Shown: positions 31,190-41,903, numbered from the stretch's first letter. The stretch is DNA of 64,000 nucleotides from Bacillota bacterium (GCA_051750265.1 JBNJJO010000013.1:20946-84945); one strand, 5' to 3'. The notes: a model not told the origin generated them from the letters alone. Translations and numbers: made by a program.

Positions 31190-31624
31190 TCATATAAGAC
31201 TCGCTGACTTTAAACGGTAAATCAAGTAAATAGAATATGGAGTTACTAAGAAAATCGCCGAATAAAGACCTGGTGTATACGTTTTTAATATAATTGTTTG
31301 TAGAACATGAACGATATTATGTAGTAGCACAAATAGAAGGAAGACTAAAAATAACTGTGAACTCCAATTGCTAGTTAAATAGTGGACTTTAAGAAACGTA
31401 ACAATGGACATCGTTAAGAAAATATAAACATCCCTCTTAGCAAAACCGTATGAATTAACATTCCAAAAATGCCAGATCGCATTTTTTATCCACTTTCTTT
31501 CTTTTCGAATCATACTTTCTATTCTATTCGCCCATTTTTCTACTGCGATAATCTCCTCAAAATCATGCAGCATGAAAACAATAACGAATAACCAAATGGC
31601 ATTATATATTTCAAGTTGAAGCAA
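31190..31624 (-). CDS. HXXEE-domain membrane protein
   Basis: FMLHDFEEII, LHNIVH and YTPGL motifs; TTG start after a GGAGG RBS. Confidence 0.85.
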   Translation of the reverse strand: MLQLEIYNAIWLFVIVFMLHDFEEIIAVEKWANRIESMIRKERKWIKNAIWHFWNVNSYGFAKRDVYIFLTMSIVTFLKVHYLTSNWSSQLFLVFLLFVLLHNIVHVLQTIILKTYTPGLYSAIFLVTPYSIYLIYRLKSASLI

Positions 31625-31836
31625 ATTTTCTCCCTCCCCTTCCATTTTATAGTATATACATTGGATAAATAAGTAAAGTTTCAATTGAACCATTAATCAT
31701 TTACGATATATTATGCCTATCGTTTTACACCATCCTTTTGAGTGCGACGTTTCGTACCAATTCTTTTTACGCTGTCCTACTACACAATAAAGAACCAACA
31801 TTTTTATGCTGGCTCTTTTCCTTTTCTCTTTGCAAT

Positions 31837-32238
31837 TTAATAGTAAGGGTAGTACGGGGAATAATATGGATATGGATATGGATATGGATATGGATATGCG
31901 TAAGGTAATAATGATAATGCTGTTAATAAAGCAAGAGGTAACACCTGACGTCTAAAGCGTCTGAACCTTCTGCGAGGGCGTCCATAACCATAACCATAAT
32001 CATAATCATAACCATAACCAAATTGTCGATCCTCTAATTCATCACTTTCTCTCTCCGCTGTATCCTCACCCATTAATACAGTAATACGATCTCCACTTAC
32101 ATCCTCAATAATACCATCGAAAGAACTCCCATCAGTCATCGTTAAAATAACATGATGATACATATACTTTTTGCACTTACCATGTAAATTCCTTGTGTAA
32201 TCTGATTCATTATGATATTCATATCTTTCTACAGTCAT
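31837..32238 (-). CDS. Tyr/Pro-rich protein, probably spore coat-associated
   Basis: Sm-like N-terminal segment (LTMTDGSSFDGIIEDV), GY repeats, Arg cluster, LPLALL, C-terminal YP repeats encoded by TATCCA tandem units. Confidence 0.7.
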   Translation of the reverse strand: MTVERYEYHNESDYTRNLHGKCKKYMYHHVILTMTDGSSFDGIIEDVSGDRITVLMGEDTAERESDELEDRQFGYGYDYDYGYGYGRPRRRFRRFRRQVLPLALLTALSLLPYAYPYPYPYPYPYYSPYYPYY

Positions 32239-32415
32239 CTTTATACCCACTCCTTTCAAAATACATGATATTCACCTAGTGGAAGTACGTTACAACTTTT
32301 TGAGGTGCAAATTAATTTTTTTTGTATTACATGTAAGGAATGGTCCAAAAATGCAAAAAATGAGAAAATCCCTTTAAATTCTATAATGGATTTTCACCAT
32401 TATCCATAATCACAA

Positions 32416-32457
32416 AAAAGCAGTGAGATTTTAAAATGCATGAAATCCACTGCTTTT
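32416..32457. terminator. Intrinsic terminator after the CDF gene
   Basis: AAAAGCAGTG...CACTGCTTTT; sister of the hairpin at 4012-4052. Confidence 0.65.
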
Positions 32458-32567
32458 ATATACGTTATTAAATTTGATCCATACTTCGCTCCCACAAAAT
32501 TTTTTTTGTATTAAGTATATGTATGAAAACTTGTTTTGTTTCGATAGTTAACTAAAAAATAAGTAAA

Positions 32568-33434
32568 TTAATTAGGCTCAACATGAACATGTACGTCATA
32601 AACACCATGTTTAGTTTTTAGAACATCTTCAACCTTGGTTGAAATATCATGTGCATCACGAATACCCAAGTTTGAGTTCACAAGGATCACAATGTCTACT
32701 ACAGAATTATTTCCATAGTTCCTCGCTTTAATATCTTTTACACCCTTTACACCATAGAGAGATAGGACGGTTTCTTTATAAGTTTGAATCTTTTCTGTAT
32801 CATACCCGTCTGTTAAATGATGGGAGGCATCTCGAAAAATATCCCATGCCGTTTTACAAATAAGCAATCCTACGATCATTGCCGTTACAGGATCAAGCCA
32901 TGGAAGAGCAAATTGCGAACCAATTATTCCAATGACTGTTCCAATACTTACCCAAGCATCAGATAGGTTATCTTTTGCCGCAGCCATTAATCCTTGGCTA
33001 TTGATTTTTTTACCTAAATTCCTGTTATATCGATAAACAACAAACATAACGATTGCACAAAAAATTCCGGTCCATGCTGAAACTAAGTCAGGAGTTTGAT
33101 GCTTGTTCACAAAAACAGACAGAACGGCACCATATAAAACCTGAATTCCAACGACAATCATGATGAAAGATGCGACCATTGAAGCAACCGTTTCAGCCTT
33201 CCAATGACCATAAGGATGATCTTTATCAGCTGGTTTTTGCGATACCTTAAGTCCGATTAATACTGCAATTGAGGCAATAATATCGGTGGCATTATTTAAA
33301 CCATCGGCTTTTAGTGCTTCCGAATTTGCGGTATATCCTATCATTAATTTTAAAGAGGATAAACAAATATAAGCAATTATACTAATAATTAGCCCTCGTT
33401 CTCCCAATTTCAAATCATTATATTGTTGTTCCAA
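32568..33434 (-). CDS. Cation diffusion facilitator transporter (FieF/YeaB-like)
   Basis: SEALKADGLNNATD, KPADKDHPYGHWKAE, DNLSD, HVHVEP. Confidence 0.92.
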   Translation of the reverse strand: MEQQYNDLKLGERGLIISIIAYICLSSLKLMIGYTANSEALKADGLNNATDIIASIAVLIGLKVSQKPADKDHPYGHWKAETVASMVASFIMIVVGIQVLYGAVLSVFVNKHQTPDLVSAWTGIFCAIVMFVVYRYNRNLGKKINSQGLMAAAKDNLSDAWVSIGTVIGIIGSQFALPWLDPVTAMIVGLLICKTAWDIFRDASHHLTDGYDTEKIQTYKETVLSLYGVKGVKDIKARNYGNNSVVDIVILVNSNLGIRDAHDISTKVEDVLKTKHGVYDVHVHVEPN

Positions 33435-33988
33435 ACTATTTCAGCCTCCACTTTTCAATTACTTGAACATAATAACAAGTAACAATCGAGTGGGTCTAGA
33501 GCAATCTTGTTTCACTATTCTATACTAGTAATGTTCGCGCAAAAGAGTTTCGTTAGGTAAACTATTACTTATACTTTCACCCTCGCCAGATGTTTATGTA
33601 AGTCAACCGTTAATAACAGTGTAAATTTCATTAAGATATGCTCATACTTTAACTTTTAGTTGTACAATGGGCTAATTCGTTACACAGCCTGTTAGTTTAC
33701 TATTATTGTGAATATATAGTGAAGCCTGTCCCTTTTCGATTGACCACCACTTCATATAATTTTATCACTTTCAATCCTTATTGCATCAGGTATTACAAAG
33801 CATTTAGCATCACTTGTCTAAATAGCTAACGAATGATACGGAAGCAGCAATTGAGATTGCAAAAGATAATTGGTTGGTGCAGGCCCACGTTTCCTAATTG
33901 TACCGATAAGACATCTATATTTATATATTAACAAGTCTAACCCTGTTTCTTGTTTTTCCTTATCATTAAAGTTATTCATCCACTCTGT

Positions 33989-34160
33989 CTCATAAATAGA
34001 AGGTGTTCTTTACCTTCAATCCATGAGCGGCTAATGACCTAGGAAAAAAGGGTTTAGTTTTCCCCCTCGAGGGGCTAGGCATCCGACTTTTCACAAAGTC
34101 GGACTGCTGGAGCTGGATGAAGAGCACTTATCCACAGTCCTAGAATTTTATAATTTTCTA
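33989..34160 (+). repeat. Structured Bacillaceae-type intergenic repeat, copy 1, with DnaA box
   Basis: GAAGGTGTTCTTTACCTTC hairpin; CTCGAGGGGCTAGGC-ATCCGACTTTTCACAAAGTCGGA-CTGCTGGAGCTGGA; TTATCCACA at 34128-34136; repeated at 43676 and 43780. Confidence 0.85.
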
Positions 34161-34207
34161 AACGTCAAAAAAACCAACCTTTAAAGGTTGGCTCAAACTG
34201 TCAACAC

Positions 34208-34420
34208 TCACGTTACGTATGTCTCCTCAACCTCGTCAAACGGTAAAATATATCCTTTGTGTTCAAGACTTCCTGTTCCACATTTTAAATCCAGACATGT
34301 AAAATTATCCTGAGCACATTTTTTACAGTACATCTTTTTACAACTTTGACAACGATAAATTTCTACCGAAAATTCATTGCACCCACAATTTGTGCAAATA
34401 GCATAGCCTATCTTCCTCAA
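34208..34420 (-). CDS. Small Cys-rich putative zinc-finger protein
   Basis: CTNCGC, CQSC, CKKC, CLDLKC; RBS AAGGGGTG before a TTG start. Confidence 0.65.
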   Translation of the reverse strand: MRKIGYAICTNCGCNEFSVEIYRCQSCKKMYCKKCAQDNFTCLDLKCGTGSLEHKGYILPFDEVEETYVT

Positions 34421-34763
34421 AGTTTCCACCCCTTAATTCGTTGTAATTGAAACCATTATCCAAGGGATAATCAAAAGACAAACCGTATCGGCAAAGCTTA
34501 AAGGCTTATAAATTAATTAAAGACCTGCGTTAGTGCGTATAAAATATTGTCTTTTCCCTTTTTTACAGTATACTCTTGTCCCTGTTTTGGGTTCCCTCTC
34601 AAGGTTAGATGCTGTGACCACAGAACATTGTAAGTGCGTTTTTTTCTTATCGAAATAAGGATTCTGCAAGAATCAAGTAGATTTTTTGTAGAAAAACTCA
34701 ACTGAACGTTTTACATAAGTTACACGTCCAGTTGAGTAAATTTATTTCCCTATGAAACTTTGC

Positions 34764-35951
34764 TTACGTGCGTTCAATTACTGTTGCAACACCTTGACCG
34801 CCGCCAATACATAATGTCGCTAATCCGTAACGCCCATCTCTTCGCTTTAATTCATGCAGCAACGAAACTAAAATACGCGTTCCACTTGCACCAATAGGGT
34901 GTCCTAATGCAATTGCTCCACCATTCACATTTAATATCTCTTCATTAAAATTTAACCCTTTTCCAACTGCTAACGACTGTGCAGCAAAAGCTTCGTTTGC
35001 TTCAATAAGATTTATGTCTTCAATGGACAAACCTGCTTTTTCCAATGCTTTTTTCGTAGCTGGAACCGGACCAATTCCCATAATACTTGGATCAACACCT
35101 GCACTTGCATTCGCACGGATTGTTGCAAGTGGCTCAAGTCCTAATTCTTCCGCTTTTTGCTTGCTCATTACAACGACTGCTGCAGCTCCATCATTTATGC
35201 CTGATGCGTTACCTGCGGTTACACTGCCGTCTTTTTTGAAGGCTGGGCGTAATCCTCCAAGTTTTTCAGCGGTTGTACCAGCCCTTGGAAACTCATCCTT
35301 TGCAAAAACAATTGGGTCTCCTTTTCGCTGTGGTATTACAACAGGAACAATTTCATCTTCAAAACGGCCAGCCTCAATTGCTGCAACCGCTTTTTGTTGA
35401 CTGTTGGCAGCAAATTGATCAAGTTCTTCCCTCGTCAACTCGTATTGTTCACAAAGGTTTTCTGCTGTAACTCCCATATGATAATCGTTAAACGCACACC
35501 ATAAGCCATCTTTAATTATGCTGTCCACTACTTTTTGGTCTCCCATGCGGTATCCTGAACGTGCACCGTCTAATAAATACGGCGCTTGGCTCATGTTCTC
35601 CATACCTCCTGCAACAACAATGTCAGCATCACCGGCTAAAATCGACTGCATAGCTAAATGAACCGCTTTCAAACCAGAACCGCAGACTTTATTAATCGTT
35701 AATGCTGGTACCTCTTGAGGTATCCCCGCTTGAATCGAAGCTTGTCGAGCAGGATTTTGACCTAATCCGGCTTGGAGGACGTTCCCCATAATAACTTCAC
35801 TTACTTGATCCGGGTTAATTCCAGCCTTTTCTAATGCCGATTTAATAACATGAGCACCTAGTTTTGTCGCTGAAACATCTTTTAAACTTCCACTAAAATT
35901 TCCGATTGGCGTGCGAACCGCACTTACTATAACTATTTCTTGTTGCAACAT
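34764..35951 (-). CDS. Acetyl-CoA C-acetyltransferase (biosynthetic thiolase, PhaA-like)
   Basis: [27 protein letters not shown]; adjacent to the pha cluster. Confidence 0.95.
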   Translation of the reverse strand: MLQQEIVIVSAVRTPIGNFSGSLKDVSATKLGAHVIKSALEKAGINPDQVSEVIMGNVLQAGLGQNPARQASIQAGIPQEVPALTINKVCGSGLKAVHLAMQSILAGDADIVVAGGMENMSQAPYLLDGARSGYRMGDQKVVDSIIKDGLWCAFNDYHMGVTAENLCEQYELTREELDQFAANSQQKAVAAIEAGRFEDEIVPVVIPQRKGDPIVFAKDEFPRAGTTAEKLGGLRPAFKKDGSVTAGNASGINDGAAAVVVMSKQKAEELGLEPLATIRANASAGVDPSIMGIGPVPATKKALEKAGLSIEDINLIEANEAFAAQSLAVGKGLNFNEEILNVNGGAIALGHPIGASGTRILVSLLHELKRRDGRYGLATLCIGGGQGVATVIERT

Positions 35952-36004
35952 TATCTTCCTCTCCTTTTAGAAAAACTCATTTATTACTCAGCATCTACTA
36001 TACT

Positions 36005-36185
36005 ATAAGCTTTCTTCCTGCTTGCCCCGGTTTTAATAGCAGCTTCAGCAACGGCAGTGGAAACAGCAGTTACTACCCATGGCTCCTTTCGAATCACATA
36101 GGATCATATCCTTAACACCCATGTTAAGAAGAAGTTTAGTAATTGCGATACCGGCCGCCCCTGCGCCACTAACGACAAAATGTAT
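36005..36185 (-). pseudogene. Malic enzyme remnant (internally deleted)
   Basis: VVSGAGAAGIAITKLLLNMGVKDMILCDSKG joined directly to a C-terminal-like PWVVTAVSTAVAEAAIKTG segment. Confidence 0.75.
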
Positions 36186-36364
36186 GTTTAATGTAGTAAA
36201 ATATCTAAATATAATTCTATCTATTAATGATATTTCTTTAAAATTGAATAGTTAGTATAAACCTTTTAATAGATAATTTTATTTCAGCTTGAAGTTTACT
36301 TATTCTGTTGAAATTTCTGACAGCAAATTCGTTGTTTCAGATACTAGATTATGAATTTATATGA

Positions 36365-36619
36365 TTAATCCGATCCGGTATTAAATAAATCTTCCTTTAT
36401 TTTCGCTAAGACAGTGTTTGGGGTTACATTTTGATTCTCTTTAACCTCAAGAGACGTAATCAAACCACTCATCCCTACGCTAATTTCTTTTACAGAACCG
36501 TTCTTTTCTCTTATTAAAAACAGCTTTTCCCATTCATATATATAGGATGATTCGTTTACCAAAATGTTTTCAACCTTGCCATAGCAAGGGCTGTAAATTT
36601 GCTGCATTACCTCTAGCAT
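36365..36619 (-). CDS. Small biotinyl/lipoyl-fold-like hypothetical protein
   Basis: IYSPCYGKVENILV...SGLITSLEVKENQNVTPNTVLAKI hybrid-motif pattern with no MKM/DKA lysine motif; RBS GGAGG. Confidence 0.7.
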   Translation of the reverse strand: MLEVMQQIYSPCYGKVENILVNESSYIYEWEKLFLIREKNGSVKEISVGMSGLITSLEVKENQNVTPNTVLAKIKEDLFNTGSD

Positions 36620-36642
36620 TTTACCCTCCTGGAAAATCAACG

Positions 36643-36657
36643 AATTTTCAGAATATT
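36643..36657. promoter_or_regulatory. CodY-box-like site
   Basis: AATTTTCAGAATATT, 1 mismatch to AATTTTCWGAAAATT, upstream of the 36619 start. Confidence 0.45.
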
Positions 36658-36681
36658 AAAACCATTTATTGTTTAATTCTA

Positions 36682-37770
36682 CTATTTTGATCGTTTTTCT
36701 AACCAGTCGCCGACAGTTGGATAGGTTATCTTTACTGCTTTAGGTCCAAATGTTACAGACACATGGCCGGTAGGCAATGTAACGTACTCTTTATCTTTGC
36801 TTGAGATGACGTCCATAAGCGCTTTCACTTGATGCGGTTGGGCAATATGGTCTTTATCAGCTGACATGTTGAGTACATTTGCCGTAATGTTTTTTAAGTT
36901 AACCTTTCGACCCCGAATGACGAGCTCTCCTTTAATCAGCTTATTTCGCTGGTAGAAATCCCTGATCCACTGACGATACGCTTCACCTGGAAATGGAATG
37001 CCATCGGATACCCACTTTTGTAGTAATTTCCAATTTTCTATAAACTGTTCGTTGTTTGCTCGTTCAACAAGACTAATGTAAGGTCCGAAAAAGTTTGTCG
37101 TTGGTTTTAACATCTTGTTTCCGAAATCAATCATTTCAGGTGGAATTAGACCTAGTGTTTCGACGACATTGTCGATGTCAAAGTATCGTTCATCAAGGAA
37201 ACAACCATATAAGCCTGTTTCTTCAAAATCAAATGGACTTGCCATAAATACTAAGTTGCGAACCGGCAATTCAGGATGAAGAGCGGCGAAAGCAGATGTC
37301 ATTGTACCACCCATACAATAGCCAAGAATCGAAACTTCGTCTGCATTTGATGTCCGCAGTACTTTTCGAACAGCACGTGGTATGTAGTCTAAAATGTAGT
37401 CATCAAGTTTCATAGTCTTGTCTTCATAACTTGGTGTGCCCCAATCTAGGAGATACACATCAAAACCACGGTTAACCAAATATTCTACTAAACTGTTTCC
37501 TTTTGTTAAATCTAAGATATAAGGTTTATTAATGAGTGCATAAACCAATAAGAGAGGCACTTTGTACTTTTTCGGCTGATCGGATACATACCGGTATAAC
37601 TTCGCTTTGTTTTTTGTCCATATGACTTCTTTTGGTGTTAGACCAACTTCCGGTTCGGGTTCGGTTGTTAACACTTCCGTTGCCCTAGTTAAACGGGAAT
37701 ACGATTCTTGGAACTCATTAGGAATCGTTTCCATAAGCTGCTGCCATTCTTTTGAGCCTATTATGCTCAT
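36682..37770 (-). CDS. phaC: Class IV PHA synthase catalytic subunit
   Basis: GLTPKEVIW, YALINKPYILDL, GYCMGG lipase box, DHI and GHV catalytic Asp/His. Confidence 0.95.
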   Translation of the reverse strand: MSIIGSKEWQQLMETIPNEFQESYSRLTRATEVLTTEPEPEVGLTPKEVIWTKNKAKLYRYVSDQPKKYKVPLLLVYALINKPYILDLTKGNSLVEYLVNRGFDVYLLDWGTPSYEDKTMKLDDYILDYIPRAVRKVLRTSNADEVSILGYCMGGTMTSAFAALHPELPVRNLVFMASPFDFEETGLYGCFLDERYFDIDNVVETLGLIPPEMIDFGNKMLKPTTNFFGPYISLVERANNEQFIENWKLLQKWVSDGIPFPGEAYRQWIRDFYQRNKLIKGELVIRGRKVNLKNITANVLNMSADKDHIAQPHQVKALMDVISSKDKEYVTLPTGHVSVTFGPKAVKITYPTVGDWLEKRSK

Positions 37771-37810
37771 TGACTCTCACACCTTTCCTGTTCATTTTAA
37801 AATGAGTGTA

Positions 37811-38554
37811 TTACATGTATAGTCCGCCGTTAATATTTAACTGCTGTCCTGTGATGTATTCACCATCTTTGCAGAGAAAAACGACTCCACGTGCAATTTC
37901 ATCCGGTTGACCAAAACGACGTGCTGGAATTTTCGCAACAATTTTTTCGCGGACATTTTCCGGAATTTCTTGGACCATCTCTGTGTCAATAAATCCTGGG
38001 CAAATCGCGTTAACGGTTACATTGCTTTTTGCAAGCTCAAGCGCAAGCGATTTTGTGTAACCAATCATTCCCGCCTTTGCTGCAGCATAGTTTGTTTGCC
38101 CAAAGCCCCCTGCTTGTCCGATAATAGAGGAAATGTTAATGATTCGCCCTGCATCTGATTCAAGAAGGTGAGGCAAAGCAGCGGAGATTGTATTGTAAAC
38201 GCTGTTTAAATTCACATCAATCACTGTTCTCCAGTCTTCTTCACTAAGCTTTTTGAAAGTAGAGTCCCGTGTAATTCCCGCATTATTGACAATGATATCT
38301 ACTCTACCGAAATGAGCAATGGCTTCTTCTACTAGTTTTCTAGATTGATCTAAATCTGAAACATCTGCCTGCACCGCGTAAACTTCGCTTCCTTCTGCCT
38401 TAAGTTCTTCGATAAGCTTTTCTGCCGTTCCTTTGCTGCTGTTATAGTTTATTACGACTTTTACACCGTTCTTAGCCAATTCCTTTGTAATTGCTTGTCC
38501 GATTCCTTTTGCGCCACCTGTCACTATTGCCACTTTATTGTTTAAATCTGCCAT
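37811..38554 (-). CDS. phaB: Acetoacetyl-CoA reductase
   Basis: TGGAKGIG, NNAGITRD, GQTNYAAAK; between phaR and phaC. Confidence 0.93.
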   Translation of the reverse strand: MADLNNKVAIVTGGAKGIGQAITKELAKNGVKVVINYNSSKGTAEKLIEELKAEGSEVYAVQADVSDLDQSRKLVEEAIAHFGRVDIIVNNAGITRDSTFKKLSEEDWRTVIDVNLNSVYNTISAALPHLLESDAGRIINISSIIGQAGGFGQTNYAAAKAGMIGYTKSLALELAKSNVTVNAICPGFIDTEMVQEIPENVREKIVAKIPARRFGQPDEIARGVVFLCKDGEYITGQQLNINGGLYM

Positions 38555-38626
38555 CTGGATGCACTCCTTATGTATTTATTATTTTTAAATGATATTTTAA
38601 AAGACCTTACCGACTATTTATCTAAT

Positions 38627-39103
38627 TTATTGTTTCTCAGCTGTATCAGCAGTCTCAGCTATCTCAGCTGTTTCTTTAACGTTTCCAGCACTGCTTTTTT
38701 CATTTAGCAAGGCAAGGATTTCATTAAGTTTATTGTCTAGACTCTTAATTTCATTTTTCACACGTGTCATTTCACGTTTTAGTTCCGCTTGGTTTACTTG
38801 ATTTGCGCTGGTTTCTTCAACCAACTCTTCTAAATTATCAACTTTTGAGTCTACATTCACGACAAGAGATGCGATGTTTGAAAGGTCATTTCGAGTAGGT
38901 AGATTCACTTGAGTCAAATAATTTTCTGTCGTTTCATTTAACATATTCTTGACCTGAAGATTCATTTCCAGGACTTTTCCCATCCACTCGGAAAAATATT
39001 CTTCCTTCATTTTTTCATCTAATACATTACCCCAATAGGATTCAGACTGGTTATAAATGTCTTTCCACAAATCCATTGGATTAAAGTTTTTTTGTTGAGT
39101 CAT
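38627..39103 (-). CDS. phaR: Class IV PHA synthase subunit
   Basis: FNPMDLWKDIY, EEYFSEWMG, VNLPTRNDL...VDSKVDNLEE coiled coil; first gene of phaRBC. Confidence 0.9.
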   Translation of the reverse strand: MTQQKNFNPMDLWKDIYNQSESYWGNVLDEKMKEEYFSEWMGKVLEMNLQVKNMLNETTENYLTQVNLPTRNDLSNIASLVVNVDSKVDNLEELVEETSANQVNQAELKREMTRVKNEIKSLDNKLNEILALLNEKSSAGNVKETAEIAETADTAEKQ

Positions 39104-39374
39104 TTGTTCGCTCCTTCCAGTTGATTTGTTATCACGAATTTTATATTAAATGATAATTAAAGTCCTTACAAGGCAAGCATTTTAATTTTTTTGTCAAATT
39201 AGTGTAGATATTTGAAGATTTTTGATGAAAAATGTCATTACCAGTTTGATAAAATTCTGAGCCTAAATCCTTTACAATAGTAGCTATTACAAAGAAATAG
39301 AGTGGATTAGCACAATGAGAATGACGAATGAGAATTTTGTCACAATTTGACTAATTCTTTTTATATAATTCGGT

Positions 39375-39407
39375 TTGACAAACGAATCATATAGGTGTAA
39401 ATTACAC
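39375..39407 (+). promoter_or_regulatory. SigA promoter of phaQP with overlapping palindrome (likely PhaQ operator)
   Basis: TTGACA-17 bp-TAAATT; GTGTAAATTACAC at 39395-39407. Confidence 0.65.
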
Positions 39408-39441
39408 ATATAGAAACTTTAAGCTATTTGTAGGTGATCCA

Positions 39442-39861
39442 ATGTCAATGAAAAAAGATAGTAATGACTCGAAATCAAAAGATGAGAAAATAATGACCAG
39501 TGTTCCGAAAAACTTAATGATACCTGTGCTATTGTTAAGTCTACGCGGTTGGAATTTGCATGGATACAAATTGATTCAACAGTTGACCCAATTTGGTTTC
39601 TCATCTATTGACCAGGGTAATGTTTATCGAATGCTTAGACAACTAGAAAAAGATAATATGGTAAAGTCTGAATGGGATACTTCAACAGGAGGACCGGCAA
39701 AGCGGATCTACTCTTTAACCGATGCCGGTGAGGCTTATCTAAATACGTGGGCGGGTTCGCTTGAGCAATACCAATCGATGCTTAACCGTTTTTTTACAAT
39801 GTACACGGATATGTTCATGCCAATATCTTCAACAAATCGTAATAAAGAAGACAAAGAGTAA
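39442..39861 (+). CDS. phaQ: PHB-responsive PadR-like repressor
   Basis: PKNLMIPVLLLSLRGWNLHGYKLIQQL, DQGNVYR, WDTSTGGPAKRIY. Confidence 0.93.
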   Translation: MSMKKDSNDSKSKDEKIMTSVPKNLMIPVLLLSLRGWNLHGYKLIQQLTQFGFSSIDQGNVYRMLRQLEKDNMVKSEWDTSTGGPAKRIYSLTDAGEAYLNTWAGSLEQYQSMLNRFFTMYTDMFMPISSTNRNKEDKE

Positions 39862-39949
39862 TTTCTTTTGTTGCTCTATTATGCAAAGTGACTCTGCAGT
39901 ATTACTGCAACCACAATAAATATTCCATTTTTTAAAGGAGGATTTTAAC

Positions 39950-40501
39950 ATGGCTATAAACAAAAAAAGCCTAAGTAACGCTCAGAATGATTTTAATTTT
40001 ATTGACTCTTTTTGGGACAGTTGGAAAAGCGGATTGAACTTCTTCTACGATTCTCAAAAGGAAGTGGAAAATCTTGCGCTTCAAGCATTTGAACACCAAA
40101 ACGAAGCATGGGAAAAGGTAACTAGCAATATAGACAGAATTGAAGAGGAACAAAAAAGATTACTTAAAGAAATGCGTCAATACCTTATGCAGAACATTCA
40201 AAATGTTAGCAGTGAAGAATCAAGTAAATCTTTCGAACAGTCGAATGAGCAGCTTGATGAAGTAATCAGCCGCGTTCAACAACTAACTTCAACACCTTTT
40301 AAAGCGAATTTAAATGTATTAAGTCAGTCACAACAGCAATTCCAAGAATCTATTAAAACAGTTATCGGCCATCAACAAAAAACTCGTGAAGAACTAAAGC
40401 CAGTACTGGAAAATTTTTTAAACCAAGTGAAACCAACACAAAAAGGTGTTCTCAATGCATTTGAAACCAACACAAAAACTGCATTGAGTATGTTTAACTA
40501 G
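39950..40501 (+). CDS. phaP: Phasin (PHA granule protein)
   Basis: Helical Q/E/K-rich protein (DSFWDSWK...QKEVENL) directly after phaQ. Confidence 0.8.
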   Translation: MAINKKSLSNAQNDFNFIDSFWDSWKSGLNFFYDSQKEVENLALQAFEHQNEAWEKVTSNIDRIEEEQKRLLKEMRQYLMQNIQNVSSEESSKSFEQSNEQLDEVISRVQQLTSTPFKANLNVLSQSQQQFQESIKTVIGHQQKTREELKPVLENFLNQVKPTQKGVLNAFETNTKTALSMFN

Positions 40502-40642
40502 AACAGCGAGAAATCGCTGTTCTTTTTTTAACATATTGAAATATTAAATAGTAAAGGGGATATAACGGCTTTAACAGAAAATCTTAAGGTGGTTTTTGAT
40601 TGACTGTTTTTCTGTTGGTATCCTTAAAACGATAAAAAAGAG

Positions 40643-41389
40643 GTGGGATTTTTGAAATTAGCCGAAAAAGTAGCTTTAATTACAGGTGGAGCAAGAGGAA
40701 TTGGTAAAGAAACTGCTCGAAAATTTTTGCAAGAAGGTGCCAAGGTAGTCATATGTGATCGTGATAAGTCTGCTGGTATGGCTGTCTTAGAAGAGTTTGG
40801 TGATAAAAATCAGATTGAATTTTTTGAAGTTGATGTTACTAATACTGCACAAATAGAAGAAATGGTTCAATCAACGATAGATACTTATAGTAGAATAGAT
40901 ATATTAATTAACAATGCAGGAATAACGATTGATGGGTTCCTTACAAAAATGAATGAAACTGATTGGGAAAAGGTAATTGCCGTAAATTTATCAGGTGTCT
41001 TTAAATTCACGAAGGCTGTTATTCCAGTTATGATGGAACAGAAGGCAGGAGTGATTATTAATGCTTCTTCCGTAGTAGGATTATATGGGAATATTGGTCA
41101 AACCAATTATGCTGCAACGAAAGCAGGAGTAATTGGTCTTACCAAAAGCTGGGCGAAAGAATTTGGGCCAAAAGGTATTCGGGTTAATGCAATAGCTCCC
41201 GGTTTCATTGAAACTGACATGACCTCAGCAGTACCTAAAAAGATTCTAGATACCATGAAAGAAAAGACACCACTGAAAAAACTTGGTACACCTGAAGATA
41301 TTGCCTCTGCATATTTATTTTTGGCTTCAGATGAAGCGAATTTTATAAATGGAGCGGTTTTAAGTGTCGATGGCGGCTTAGTTATTTGA
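40643..41389 (+). CDS. SDR, 3-oxoacyl-ACP/acetoacetyl-CoA reductase-like
   Basis: TGGARGIG, NNAGIT, GNIGQTNYAATK, APGFIET. Confidence 0.9.
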   Translation: MGFLKLAEKVALITGGARGIGKETARKFLQEGAKVVICDRDKSAGMAVLEEFGDKNQIEFFEVDVTNTAQIEEMVQSTIDTYSRIDILINNAGITIDGFLTKMNETDWEKVIAVNLSGVFKFTKAVIPVMMEQKAGVIINASSVVGLYGNIGQTNYAATKAGVIGLTKSWAKEFGPKGIRVNAIAPGFIETDMTSAVPKKILDTMKEKTPLKKLGTPEDIASAYLFLASDEANFINGAVLSVDGGLVI

Positions 41390-41584
41390 AATAGCAGGAA
41401 TATGAGTTAATACTGTAATCGTGCCGAGGTGTGAGTATGACCCAAAAGGATAAATAACTTTTGGGTTTTCCAGCATTTTTTAGTATTTTTTCTGGTTTTT
41501 AATAGACTTTGTCATTTCTTATCCTTTAGGCGCCCTCTTTTACTGCCTTCTTTAGTAGGTTGTGAAGGTGGAATTGACGGATCG

Positions 41585-41880
41585 ACCGGATTGCCTTTGA
41601 CCTGACCAAACACACTCTTAATGTCACTTTTTTGTGACTATAGAGTTAAGTACCTTCCTCAGTCCAAAGGAATTGTTTAACTTTTTTGTTTTGTATAGGT
41701 GGTAAATGGATTCCATTGGGTGCTTAAATACCATACTTAAATATCGTACAAGCGTTTCGAATGGACATCCGGGTACCCTAAAAGGATTCGCGAAAATGAC
41801 CTCAAGCCAAGCAAAAGTACTTAAAACTAGTAACCAAATACAAACACATTGTCAGTTTATCCGTTCGTATATTCAACCAA
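41585..41880 (-). pseudogene. Degraded IS1182-family transposase fragment
   Basis: Frameshifted translations GCPF(R)NACT, QWNP, EEG, SDIKSVFGQVKGN resemble the IS1182 C-terminal CxGCP..CT / RKIDVESVFGxIKGN pattern. Confidence 0.6.
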
Positions 41881-41903
41881 ACTGAACAATAAATGATTGC
41901 ATA

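Noticed and set aside
33480-33980. Possible gene remnant or sRNA in the long gap upstream of the CDF gene
   Set aside because: No open frame, motif or stable structure that I can support.
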